Below are positions 14,877 through 22,938 of a DNA stretch of 24,924 bases, piece after piece (position 1 is the first letter of the stretch; each line of letters starts with the position of its first letter). The stretch covers positions 1 through 24,924 of the IMG/VR virus record IMGVR_UViG_3300032257_000088, one strand, 5' to 3'. Under the pieces are notes generated by a model, which did no database searches, was not told where the DNA came from, and worked only from the letters and a program-made list of their open reading frames with translations. Both the position numbers and the translations under genes were made by a program. The DNA comes from a virus. Taxonomy: Duplodnaviria > Caudoviricetes.

Positions 14877-15241
14877 GCAGACTAACGCGAGTAGAGGTAG
14901 CCAGAAGCATTATTGATGAGGATACGCGGATAAATGCGGGCGGTCTTAATCCAATTGAAAAATATTCCTACAGGGTAGATGGTGAGATGTTTTGCTTTTC
15001 TAGTAAGGCATGGGGTGAATTCAAGACAAGAACGCAGCCACGAGCCTGCAAGCACAGTATAGTCGGTACTCGGATAACTAAAAGTAAGTGGGATATCGAA
15101 AAAGCTATTGAGCAGTATGTGGGTGAGACAGATAAGGAATACAGAGCCAGAACAGGGCGCAAAGAAAAGGTTATGAAGAAAAAGCAGTCTAAAGAAGAAA
15201 TCAACAGCCAGATTGATAAGTTTTTAATGGCGGCATGGTAA
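14873..15241 (+). CDS. Hypothetical basic protein, possible DNA-binding domain
   Basis: 122 aa, ATGA coupling. 'IVGTRITKSKWDIEKAI' resembles HTH tails of phage endonucleases. Confidence 0.55.
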   Translation: MSRLTRVEVARSIIDEDTRINAGGLNPIEKYSYRVDGEMFCFSSKAWGEFKTRTQPRACKHSIVGTRITKSKWDIEKAIEQYVGETDKEYRARTGRKEKVMKKKQSKEEINSQIDKFLMAAW

Positions 15242-15450
15242 TGAAAACACACTGTCCTAAATGTGGAGAGGAAATAGAAAAGACCATTGAATCAGCTAGA
15301 AGTCACGTTAGATGGAAACATTCAAAGCTAACGGATAAAGCAAAGATTGCGCTAAGAGATAAAATAGCGCCATTTGTGCCTACCGGAGGATTCGGGCAGT
15401 CTCGATCAGTATTAGAAAACCAATTAACAAAACAACTTGATATAAAATAA
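15241..15450 (+). CDS. C2H2-type zinc-finger protein
   Basis: CPKC-x13-HVRWKH. TAATG coupling favours ATG 15241. Confidence 0.6.
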   Translation: MKTHCPKCGEEIEKTIESARSHVRWKHSKLTDKAKIALRDKIAPFVPTGGFGQSRSVLENQLTKQLDIK

Positions 15451-15460
15451 GGATACAAAA

Positions 15461-15898
15461 ATGGCAAATGATTTAAACCAATGCACGTTTATAGGCAGGC
15501 TTGGGAAAGACCCGCAAAGCAAGGCAATGCCATCAGGCACAGAGGTATGTGATTTTAGTATCGCAGTCGGTTGGAAAAGCAAGGACAAAGAAGGCACGGA
15601 ATGGGTGAATATCACAGCCTTTGGAAAGCTTGCAGAAATTTGTGGCCAATGGTTGCATAAAGGCTCTCAGGTAATGATATCAGGCAGAATGAAAACAGAG
15701 AGCTGGGATAAGGATGGCGTGACCCAATACAAAACAAAGATTGTAGCGGATTCAATGCAGATGCTAGGCGGCAAATCAGATAATGCAGGCCAAGGCAATC
15801 AAGGTCATCAGTCTGGTAGTAACTTTCAGCAGCCACAAAACAATTCAGTACCAGATAGTGGTGATGATAACGCATTTAATGATGATATTCCTTGGTAA
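15461..15898 (+). CDS. ssb: Single-stranded DNA-binding protein
   Basis: 'LNQCTFIGRLGKDP', 'TEWVNITAFGKLAEICGQWLHKGSQV.ISGRMKT..W', a G/Q/N linker and the acidic tail FNDDIPW. Confidence 0.96.
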   Translation: MANDLNQCTFIGRLGKDPQSKAMPSGTEVCDFSIAVGWKSKDKEGTEWVNITAFGKLAEICGQWLHKGSQVMISGRMKTESWDKDGVTQYKTKIVADSMQMLGGKSDNAGQGNQGHQSGSNFQQPQNNSVPDSGDDNAFNDDIPW

Positions 15899-15944
15899 AC
15901 TATTGATTTATAAAGATTAATTTTTAACATAACGGAGATTAGAT

Positions 15945-16250
15945 ATGAATAACGAGAAAATAAATCATACGGATAACGGATATGATGTTGTATGCACTCA
16001 CTCAGGGCAGAAAAGACCATACGGAGATACTTTTAGAGAGTTTACGATAAAAACAGACAAGCCAGAAAATGAGGTTAAAGACTACTGTACAGAAAGTGTT
16101 TATAAATGCAACTTAACCACTGACGAATATCTGGCTGATGAAAGGGCTGGCGTAAAGGATTTTGGTGATCATTTTAGATCAAATTATAAATTTAGAAAGG
16201 TAAGAGATGGCGAATACTCTTATGTAGTTACTCAGCCATCAACGCATTAA
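15945..16250 (+). CDS. Hypothetical protein
   Basis: 101 aa, RBS GGAG. Confidence 0.7.
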   Translation: MNNEKINHTDNGYDVVCTHSGQKRPYGDTFREFTIKTDKPENEVKDYCTESVYKCNLTTDEYLADERAGVKDFGDHFRSNYKFRKVRDGEYSYVVTQPSTH

Positions 16251-16271
16251 TATAGTGTAAAATAGAGTTAT

Positions 16272-16433
16272 GGCAGTGTGGCGGAATTGGTAGACGCTAA
16301 GTTATACGAAATCTTACTAGAAATGACCCGCGATTTTTCAGTGATGTTGGTTTTGCTGTAGTAGTAGCGGAATGGATACAAGCCAAACAAAACAAGTCAT
16401 TTCGTGCAGGTTCGAGTCCTGTCACTGCCTCCA
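16272..16433 (+). tRNA. Atypical tRNA-like RNA (162 nt) with non-canonical anticodon arm and giant variable arm
   Basis: Acceptor stem GGCAGTG/CACTGCC + T + CCA. D-arm TGGCGGAATTGGTAGACGC. T-arm GCAGG-TTCGAGT-CCTGT. 108 nt lie between the D and T arms. Anticodon not confidently assignable. Confidence 0.75.
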
Positions 16434-16449
16434 AACAACCCAAAAGCGT

Positions 16450-16521
16450 TCAGCACTGTCAGACGTGGCAGCTAAGATAACGTGAGCAGATTGTCGCTAG
16501 TGCTGAGGCGAAAGGCTGACA
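16450..16521 (+). ncRNA. Candidate pseudoknotted RNA element
   Basis: TCAGCACT/AGTGCTGA stem, plus TGTCAG (16457-62) complementary to CTGACA (16516-21). Confidence 0.4.
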
Positions 16522-16529
16522 CAAATTAT

Positions 16530-16614
16530 GGTGTGAAGGCTGGTAAAAGTTCCTTGTTGAATATGCGAGAGCAACCAAACAAGCGGTAGAAGGCAGCCAG
16601 TTTTCACGCCACCA
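16530..16614 (+). ncRNA. Candidate 85-nt small RNA closed by a 14-bp stem ending in ACCA
   Basis: GGTGTGAAGGCTGG/CCAGTTTTCACGCC (3 G-U pairs) + ACCA. Inner CTTGTT/AACAAG stem and a TGC-GAGA-GCA GNRA hairpin. Confidence 0.5.
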
Positions 16615-16629
16615 ACAAAGAGAAAGATA

Positions 16630-16944
16630 ATGAGACTAAAAAAAGGTGTAAGAACATTTATAGGATGGAGTGAGGGTATCTTAAAGGTATTGCCAACCAT
16701 CCAGACGGCTTGTGATAACTATGGTGTTGAATTTGTGGTCACATCAGGCGTAGAAGGCCGACACAAGCAAGATTCAAAGCATTATGAAGGCAATGCACTA
16801 GATATGCGTAGTCGTGAGTTTAATGGCGGCTCTATGGGTGAGGAATGCAGGTCATTCTGTGAATACCTACAAGCCGTGTTAGGGGGTGATTATTTCGTGC
16901 TTCAAGAAGGTCATCATATCCATATTCAGTATAATGGGAGCTAA
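16630..16944 (+). CDS. Endolysin, peptidase M15-like (Zn-dependent)
   Basis: 'VVTSG.EG.H...SKHYEGNALDMR' and 'HHIHIQY' zinc-ligand motifs. Confidence 0.8.
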   Translation: MRLKKGVRTFIGWSEGILKVLPTIQTACDNYGVEFVVTSGVEGRHKQDSKHYEGNALDMRSREFNGGSMGEECRSFCEYLQAVLGGDYFVLQEGHHIHIQYNGS

Positions 16945-17044
16945 TAGAGATGAGTGAAATAAAGCCCGGTATTTAACACCTAACCACTCATAGAGGTATA
17001 ATAAGCAATCTAAATTTTTAATGAACACCAAGAGGTAATTAGTT

Positions 17045-17236
17045 ATGAATGAAGAAAAAGAGATAGTACAAATGCCGGTAGAGCCATGCTGCACAGAGGC
17101 TGTTCATATCGGGGTGCAAGGCAATGACTGGTATCGACAAAGCCAAAAGGATGACAGATTTAACATAGCAAAAGCAAAGAAAGATCACGCCAATCAGCAG
17201 GATTCGCTAATTAATCGATTTGTTGAATCAATGTGA
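17045..17236 (+). CDS. Hypothetical protein
   Basis: 63 aa, RBS GAGGT. Confidence 0.6.
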   Translation: MNEEKEIVQMPVEPCCTEAVHIGVQGNDWYRQSQKDDRFNIAKAKKDHANQQDSLINRFVESM

Positions 17237-17242
17237 TATAAT
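17234..17242 (+). promoter_or_regulatory. Extended -10 promoter candidate
   Basis: TGATATAAT, overlapping the TGA stop of the preceding ORF. Confidence 0.45.
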
Positions 17243-17284
17243 CAAGTAAACCGACGAGGCATTTCACTAACTTAGGGAATTATT

Positions 17285-17386
17285 ATGCCAAGAAAGCAAC
17301 CGAAAAAGCCGACACCAAAGAAAAAAGTCACTCCGAAAAAGAAAAAGCCGCCTGTAAAGCATAATGGCCGCACTAGATACGCATAA
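17285..17386 (+). CDS. 33-aa Lys/Pro-rich basic peptide (not in ORF track)
   Basis: MPRKQPKKPTPKKKVTPKKKKPPVKHNGRTRYA. RBS AGGGA. Its stop overlaps the next RBS (TAAGGA). Confidence 0.6.
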   Translation: MPRKQPKKPTPKKKVTPKKKKPPVKHNGRTRYA

Positions 17387-17395
17387 GGAAGGGCA

Positions 17396-17731
17396 GTGAC
17401 TAAAGCACAAGAACGAACAACAAAAGTATCTGATAGGCCACTAGAGAGAAGCACAACTCTAACGAACATACTAATGGCTTGTGTTCTTGCTGGCGGCTCA
17501 TGGTGGTGTAATACCATCTGGAACGAACAAAAAGTCGGGAACAGGCTTTTAAATGATGCTATAAAAAGTATTGCTGTCATGCAAAATGAAATGCTTAATC
17601 AAAGAAAAGATATAGATAGAAACACAAGGCGGCATGATAAAAACACCTCTGCTATTCAGGAGGTGAGAGTGGATGTAGATGACATAAAAAAGCAGATAAG
17701 AGCAAAGGAACTGCATAATAATGGACGATAA
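17396..17731 (+). CDS. Membrane-anchored coiled-coil protein (lysis module)
   Basis: One hydrophobic segment (LTNILMACVLAGGSWW) followed by a heptad-rich region. Confidence 0.6.
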   Translation: MTKAQERTTKVSDRPLERSTTLTNILMACVLAGGSWWCNTIWNEQKVGNRLLNDAIKSIAVMQNEMLNQRKDIDRNTRRHDKNTSAIQEVRVDVDDIKKQIRAKELHNNGR

Positions 17732-17873
17732 ATACAGATCAAGACGGTTCATAATTACGCTTCTCGGCATGGTCGGATCAATCGGGCTGGCTTATTACGG
17801 CAAAATGGATGCAAATGTAGGTCTAGTGTTAGCTGCGGGTATCGGTTCTTATAATCTCAAGAAGCATGACTAA
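17721..17873 (+). CDS. Putative holin, 50 aa, two TM segments (not in ORF track)
   Basis: MDDKYRSRRFIITLLGMVGSIGLAYYGKMDANVGLVLAAGIGSYNLKKHD. RBS AAGGA. Directly precedes the spanins. Confidence 0.65.
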   Translation: MDDKYRSRRFIITLLGMVGSIGLAYYGKMDANVGLVLAAGIGSYNLKKHD

Positions 17874-18150
17874 ACTACCCCCATCACTGCGCTTATTAAT
17901 CTATTTTGGTATAATGGTGTCATTAATTGGCAGTGGCGCTATTACTGGCTGGTACGCGCATAAATACTATGGGGTATCTAATGAGCTGGCTATCAACAAA
18001 TCAGATGCAATCGCAGCCGGTGAAATCTACACAGAGCAAGCAAAGGGGTTAAAATATGTCGATGATTGGCAAAAGTCTATCGATCTTTCTAGTGATTGCA
18101 GTAAGCTCAGTTTTGACCAATTGCTCAAAAGCCCAGAGCCGAGGCAGTGA
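17866..18150 (+). CDS. i-spanin (Rz-like)
   Basis: N-terminal TM, helical periplasmic part, C-terminal Cys. Overlapped by a lipoprotein gene. Confidence 0.65.
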   Translation: MTKLPPSLRLLIYFGIMVSLIGSGAITGWYAHKYYGVSNELAINKSDAIAAGEIYTEQAKGLKYVDDWQKSIDLSSDCSKLSFDQLLKSPEPRQ

Positions 18151-18286
18151 GTTAATTAAAAACTGTCAGTATGCTATCTATGACGAATCAAAGCCCATCT
18201 ATCAATGCGGCATAGCTAACCGTAAAAATATTGTATTTAAGCGGTCTTGCGACAAGAAATGGCAAGAAATACGGGATAAACAGTGA
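18056..18286 (+). CDS. o-spanin (Rz1-like lipoprotein)
   Basis: Signal peptide with lipobox VLTNC. Starts inside the i-spanin gene in another frame. Confidence 0.65.
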   Translation: MSMIGKSLSIFLVIAVSSVLTNCSKAQSRGSELIKNCQYAIYDESKPIYQCGIANRKNIVFKRSCDKKWQEIRDKQ

Positions 18287-18372
18287 ATGTCTGCCCCTAT
18301 GAGATAGCTTTCCTCATAATGGGCTTAATTGAAGTATTTTTATTGAGTAATTTAAGTCTATGGTTTGTTTAA
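18283..18372 (+). CDS. Possible 29-aa hydrophobic peptide
   Basis: GTGA-coupled ORF (M)NVCPYEIAFLIMGLIEVFLLSNLSLWFV that fills the gap. Confidence 0.3.
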   Translation: MNVCPYEIAFLIMGLIEVFLLSNLSLWFV

Positions 18373-18397
18373 TGATATTAACGAGAGATGATCAATA

Positions 18398-19222
18398 ATG
18401 CTGGCGAATCGAGTAAAAGAAACAACTAGCACAACCGGAACGGGGAGCTTTACTACTACGGGCGCGGTTGCTGGTTTTCAAACATTTAATACAGCATATG
18501 GCACTAATAAGCGGTTTAATTATTGGGCTGTAAATGATACAGATAGCGAATGGGAGACAGGAATTGGTTATCTTTCGGCAGCCACTACTTTAGTTCGTGA
18601 GACTGTTCTTGATAACTCAAGCGATGGCGCAACTGCAATTAATTTTACTACCGCTCCAAGTTTGTTCTGTACTAGCAGTGAAATAACAGCACCATCTATT
18701 GGGCTGGCTCAATCTAATAAGTGGATTACACCTAAAAACCATACACACACAGGATATCGTGCAGAGTATGTTATCCCCGCTGATACTGTTATATATTTAC
18801 CAGTATTTTTTTATGTGGCCAATGAGTTTGACAATATAAGGTTATCAGTTACAACTGCCGCTGGCACAAAGATGAGGATAGGCTTATATGAAAACGATAA
18901 CGGAATACCGGGCGATCTTATAGCAGAGACTTCTGATTTAAGTCCGGCCACAACAGGCATTAAGAGCGCAACCTTTACTCAGGGTAGGTATGGAGGGCGG
19001 TGGTTATTCGCTGCTATTGTATCAGATGGTGCTACTGGCGTTGCTGCACAAGACGATGCCCAAGTTGATTGCGGACCATTGGCAATGACATCAGCAGATA
19101 CTTATAAAGTTACTGTATTGAGTGAGGCCGCTACCTCTTGGACAGCCCTGCCATCTTCTGCCGGTACATTGACAGAATTAGATAGAAAGAACCCTCCTAG
19201 AATCAGCTTGCAAACGGTGTAG
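18398..19222 (+). CDS. Virion fibre/structural protein
   Basis: N-terminal 'ANRVKETTSTTGTG...GAVAGFQTF...WETGIG.....TLVR' module seen in phage fibre proteins. T/A/G-rich. Confidence 0.6.
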   Translation: MLANRVKETTSTTGTGSFTTTGAVAGFQTFNTAYGTNKRFNYWAVNDTDSEWETGIGYLSAATTLVRETVLDNSSDGATAINFTTAPSLFCTSSEITAPSIGLAQSNKWITPKNHTHTGYRAEYVIPADTVIYLPVFFYVANEFDNIRLSVTTAAGTKMRIGLYENDNGIPGDLIAETSDLSPATTGIKSATFTQGRYGGRWLFAAIVSDGATGVAAQDDAQVDCGPLAMTSADTYKVTVLSEAATSWTALPSSAGTLTELDRKNPPRISLQTV

Positions 19223-19226
19223 AGCT

Positions 19227-19682
19227 ATGGCTATTATTTATACAGAAAAAGGAAATAGATTACACGAGGTCATTGAAGATGCCGGTCATTGGTTGCATGA
19301 ACATAACGGCGTATGGATAAGTTCTAATGATATTGCTGTGCAGGCGATCATAGATGAATATAACCCTCTACCGATAGAGCAAGAAAAAGCGGTTATGGAG
19401 ATAGCGGAATACGCGAATAACTTAATCGATTCTAATGTTAATCCTATCAAAGCAAAACGAATACAGGCTGATGCGCTTGCAGCGACGATCCGCAAAGGCA
19501 AGGGCGCAATCAGTTCAGCAGAGCAGGCAAAATTAGACAGATATGAATTAGCTGTTGTTTATCCAGAGGCGATCTTTGCACAGTACGACATTGAAGAGGC
19601 CTTAATACTTGGGCAAACAGACTGTGCATTAATAGCGGGCATTGTAGAAACAGCAAAAGCCAATCTCGACTCGGTAACGTAA
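19227..19682 (+). CDS. Possible fibre assembly/chaperone protein
   Basis: 151 aa helical protein directly after the fibre-like gene. Call is by position and composition only. Confidence 0.4.
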   Translation: MAIIYTEKGNRLHEVIEDAGHWLHEHNGVWISSNDIAVQAIIDEYNPLPIEQEKAVMEIAEYANNLIDSNVNPIKAKRIQADALAATIRKGKGAISSAEQAKLDRYELAVVYPEAIFAQYDIEEALILGQTDCALIAGIVETAKANLDSVT

Positions 19683-20183
19683 ATGAGTATTGGTCAAGGT
19701 GCTATCGGTGAATTTGCAATCGGTGAATTGCCTAGTGCTGGGATTAGCGCGGCATTAACCGGTACAGCCACAGCAAGTATTACGGAATCTGATGTAGTAG
19801 CCGGTGGCAAGACTATTATTCTGACGCTAACAGGCGACACATGGGTGGCGTCAGGCGCTACGTTTGATGCACAACGACAGAACATCATTGATGGCATTGA
19901 TTCAGCGCAAGCGGAGGCCGCTGGATGGGATGCAACGTGGAAAGTAAATGAGGGTGTAACAGCCGTTGTAAGAACATCTAGCGCCGTTGTAACTATCACT
20001 ATGACGGCAGAGGCTGGGTATGACATTACTGCACAAGAAACAATAACTGCCACAATACCAGCAACAGCACTCACAACAAGCGCAAGCGCGGTGGTAGCTA
20101 GTCCGACATTCACTATCGATCCAGTTAGTGGTTTTCAGCCTGCATGGGCGTATAATGCGAGTAAATCAATAGGGTTTATGTAA
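19683..20183 (+). CDS. Virion accessory protein (beta-rich)
   Basis: A/T/G-rich, alternating beta pattern, short N-terminal 'IGxxAIGE' repeat. Confidence 0.55.
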   Translation: MSIGQGAIGEFAIGELPSAGISAALTGTATASITESDVVAGGKTIILTLTGDTWVASGATFDAQRQNIIDGIDSAQAEAAGWDATWKVNEGVTAVVRTSSAVVTITMTAEAGYDITAQETITATIPATALTTSASAVVASPTFTIDPVSGFQPAWAYNASKSIGFM

Positions 20184-22231
20184 TGTTTAAAAAGAATACG
20201 GCAGTGACGGGCTTCACATTTCACCTAAGAAGCGCGAGCGATGGCAGCGACACAACAACCGGCACTCCTGTCGGCTATGTCACTCTGGACGGTGGCACGC
20301 AGACAGCTATCGGAGATGTCACCCCAGTGCATGAAGGAAATGGTGAATGGTCGGTAGATTTAACAGCAGGCGAGATGAATGGTGATATTGTTTCTCTCGC
20401 TTTTGTGTTGGCTGGATCAATAACGGCTGATTTCAAGATAAAAACCACCACGCTCACGACTGATGATACGTTAGCTACCGATGTAATCTCGATATCAGGT
20501 GACTCCACAGCAGCCGATAATTTAGAGCTTCAATATGATGGTACTGGAATAACGGACGATACATTCCCAGCAACTCAGGCACAAGTCGGCAATCTAGCAA
20601 CAGGCTCGGCTGCAATTTCGGTACAGGCCGAGAGCGACACAGTAACAACCGGTACGGAAGTTAATACGTTTGCTGTAACGGATGAGATAGATGGTGTATA
20701 CCACGAAATTTCTGATGTTGCCGGTGCGTTGGAGATGTATTACCAGTTTGATATTGGCGGTAATGGCGTTGCATCTAGTGTACAGATGACCGGCCGATTA
20801 AATGGTGCAAACGATACAATAGGGGTTTTTGCCTATAATTGGGCTGGTACTGCATGGGAGCAAATTGGATCATTAGCGGGTACTAATTCAACTACTGATA
20901 GTGTTGAGATATTCAACTTATTAAACAAGCATACGGGAACGGGTGCGAATCTAGGTAAGGTTCGAGTAAGAGGATACGCTGCATCAGGGCTAACATCTGC
21001 TACGTTATATATGGATCAAGCCTTTGTTTCTTACGCGGTAGTAGCTCAATCAGTGGGCTATGATGGCGGACAAGTATGGGTTGATACCGGAGATGGCACA
21101 GCCGGAACAGAGTCATACGTTAATGGCGTTGCTGATAATCCTGTTTTAACACTGGCAGACGCGATCACAATTGCCTCAAATATAGGTTTGCATCGATTCT
21201 ATGTTTCAAACGAGTCTACAATAACCTTTGCAGAATCCCATGTTAATGAAGTATGGACAAGTAACGGCGGAACAATGGTACTTGGAAGTCAAGACATATC
21301 AAGCACTCATTTGTATCATTGGAATGATATTACTGGTGCAGGTACGTCAGCGACTGGTGAAGTCCATATTATAGATTCTCACATTGCTAACAGTGTGTCA
21401 TGTACATTAGGTCAGGCGCATATCACACGATGCAACATAGGCGCAGGCGGCCTGGTTCTTTCACAAGCTGGAAACTACCTTATAGAAGATTCATCATCAG
21501 GTATCGCAGGCGCAGCAGCACCCGTAATCGACATGGGCGCGGCAGTAGGTGCTACAAATCTGTCAGTGCGTAAATGGGCGGGCGGCTTAACAATCAATAA
21601 TCTAGCATCTGGTGATGTAGTAACCCTTGACGGTACATTCGGCACAATAACGTTAAATGGCGCTGATGCATCGGTAGAACTACGAGGCATTGCAAAGCAG
21701 GTTGTAAACAATCTAACCGGCTCACCTACTGTTAATGACGATACGGTTAAGGCTGATGATATTGCAGCACTCCCATTAGCAACCGATATAGTAAGCAGTG
21801 GCGCAATAACAACCAGTGCCGGAGCTGTGGCTAATGTTGATCTGGTGGATGTCTGCACAACAAATACCGACATGAGAGGTACTGATAGCGCAAATACCAC
21901 AGCACCAGACAACGCAAGCATTGCAGCTATATTAGTCGATACAGCCGATATGCAGCCAAGAATCGGTACGATGGAAACCGATATAAACAATCTTGATCTA
22001 GGTATCATCTATGGAACAGCGGCAACCGGTACATTAACAACCACATCAGCCACCACAAATCTGACAGGCTATGTGGATAATCAGCTAGTGGGCGCTTATA
22101 TCATTGTTACGTCAGGCTCCGCAGAAGGTGAGCGCAGAGAAATAACAGCTTATACAGAAATAGGTGGTGTTATTGAGTTTGCAGCGATGACTATTGCAAT
22201 GGCAAATAACGACACGTTTAAAATAGTGTAA
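20183..22231 (+). CDS. Large acidic virion fibre/adhesin-like protein
   Basis: 682 aa, T/G/A/D-rich with few K/R. Central beta-helix-like region after 'GVADNPVLTLADAITIA'. Confidence 0.6.
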   Translation: MFKKNTAVTGFTFHLRSASDGSDTTTGTPVGYVTLDGGTQTAIGDVTPVHEGNGEWSVDLTAGEMNGDIVSLAFVLAGSITADFKIKTTTLTTDDTLATDVISISGDSTAADNLELQYDGTGITDDTFPATQAQVGNLATGSAAISVQAESDTVTTGTEVNTFAVTDEIDGVYHEISDVAGALEMYYQFDIGGNGVASSVQMTGRLNGANDTIGVFAYNWAGTAWEQIGSLAGTNSTTDSVEIFNLLNKHTGTGANLGKVRVRGYAASGLTSATLYMDQAFVSYAVVAQSVGYDGGQVWVDTGDGTAGTESYVNGVADNPVLTLADAITIASNIGLHRFYVSNESTITFAESHVNEVWTSNGGTMVLGSQDISSTHLYHWNDITGAGTSATGEVHIIDSHIANSVSCTLGQAHITRCNIGAGGLVLSQAGNYLIEDSSSGIAGAAAPVIDMGAAVGATNLSVRKWAGGLTINNLASGDVVTLDGTFGTITLNGADASVELRGIAKQVVNNLTGSPTVNDDTVKADDIAALPLATDIVSSGAITTSAGAVANVDLVDVCTTNTDMRGTDSANTTAPDNASIAAILVDTADMQPRIGTMETDINNLDLGIIYGTAATGTLTTTSATTNLTGYVDNQLVGAYIIVTSGSAEGERREITAYTEIGGVIEFAAMTIAMANNDTFKIV

Positions 22232-22232
22232 A

Positions 22233-22655
22233 ATGGGTACTAGATTAGGCTTATACGGTGGTTCAAGAGGTGATTATGGCGTTATCTCTGCACAACCGCC
22301 ACAACAACCGCCATTAGAGCCAAGCGTAACAGGTATTAAAATTATGATGACACTGAACAAAAACGAATACGGAACGGTTCTATACGCTGACCTGAAAGAG
22401 GATATATCAGCAGCCACGGCTTATAAGTTCATCATTGAGCCAAGGTTAGGTGATAGTAAAGAATTCACCGGTACGTTAGGCACGACGAATATAACGGTAG
22501 ATGATCAAAGCTACACAGCAAACAAATACATAACTTACACGTTATTAGACGGCGATCTAGATCAATCTGGTTTGTGGCGAAAGAAAGGAGAGGCTACAAT
22601 GTCAGCAACAAAAGTGATTTACGGTGATTTTGACTATATTTCTGTATTGGATTAG
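22233..22655 (+). CDS. Structural protein with BppU-N/Ig-like fold pattern
   Basis: 'YITYTLLDGDLDQSGLWR..GEA' and 'DISAAT.YKFII.P..G' pattern. Confidence 0.5.
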   Translation: MGTRLGLYGGSRGDYGVISAQPPQQPPLEPSVTGIKIMMTLNKNEYGTVLYADLKEDISAATAYKFIIEPRLGDSKEFTGTLGTTNITVDDQSYTANKYITYTLLDGDLDQSGLWRKKGEATMSATKVIYGDFDYISVLD

Positions 22656-22756
22656 CAATAAGCACCACCAAGGGGGTGATCTTATCTATTTTAAGGAGCT
22701 TATCCGACAAATAGGGTAAAGGATGACCCGCTTACAGGTTGATAGCATGGTGATCT

Positions 22757-22933
22757 ATGGAGATCAAAGACAACGTAATAGATATGCGGAACTTTTTTGA
22801 ATATATGCAAATGGGAAACCGCATAAAGCAGAAAGAATCGGATAAGGTAAAAGAGGCGCTATTTATCAACCAGCACTCTGATGATGATTCTTTCACTAAT
22901 GAAAACGAGTTTGAATTCAGTGATAAGGAGTAG
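22757..22933 (+). CDS. Hypothetical protein, 58 aa (not in ORF track)
   Basis: MEIKDNVIDMRNFFEYMQMGNRIKQKESDKVKEALFINQHSDDDSFTNENEFEFSDKE. GGTG upstream. Confidence 0.5.
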   Translation: MEIKDNVIDMRNFFEYMQMGNRIKQKESDKVKEALFINQHSDDDSFTNENEFEFSDKE

Positions 22934-22938
22934 GTGAG

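Noticed and set aside
16298-16405. Intron-containing canonical tRNA or tmRNA
   Set aside because: I could not rebuild a normal anticodon stem by removing any single segment. The insert is too short for a group I intron. A full D-arm and the small size exclude tmRNA.
16446-16521. Canonical HDV/theta, hammerhead, twister or pistol ribozyme
   Set aside because: The required core motifs (P3/L3 with P1.1, CUGANGA...GAAA with stem II, etc.) are not present. Kept only as an unclassified pseudoknot.
16530-16614. SRP (4.5S) RNA
   Set aside because: It has a GNRA loop and GCAGCC, but lacks the conserved CAGG...GGAA...AGCA symmetric-loop arrangement.
19286-22008. Minus-strand ORFs (19286-19501, 19694-20113, 20275-20508, 21475-22008) and similar shadow ORFs elsewhere (e.g. 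5480-5733, 6246-6908, 9794-10006, 16497-16700, 17272-17580)
   Set aside because: They are antisense or off-frame shadows of better-supported genes or RNAs, with no RBS or motifs.
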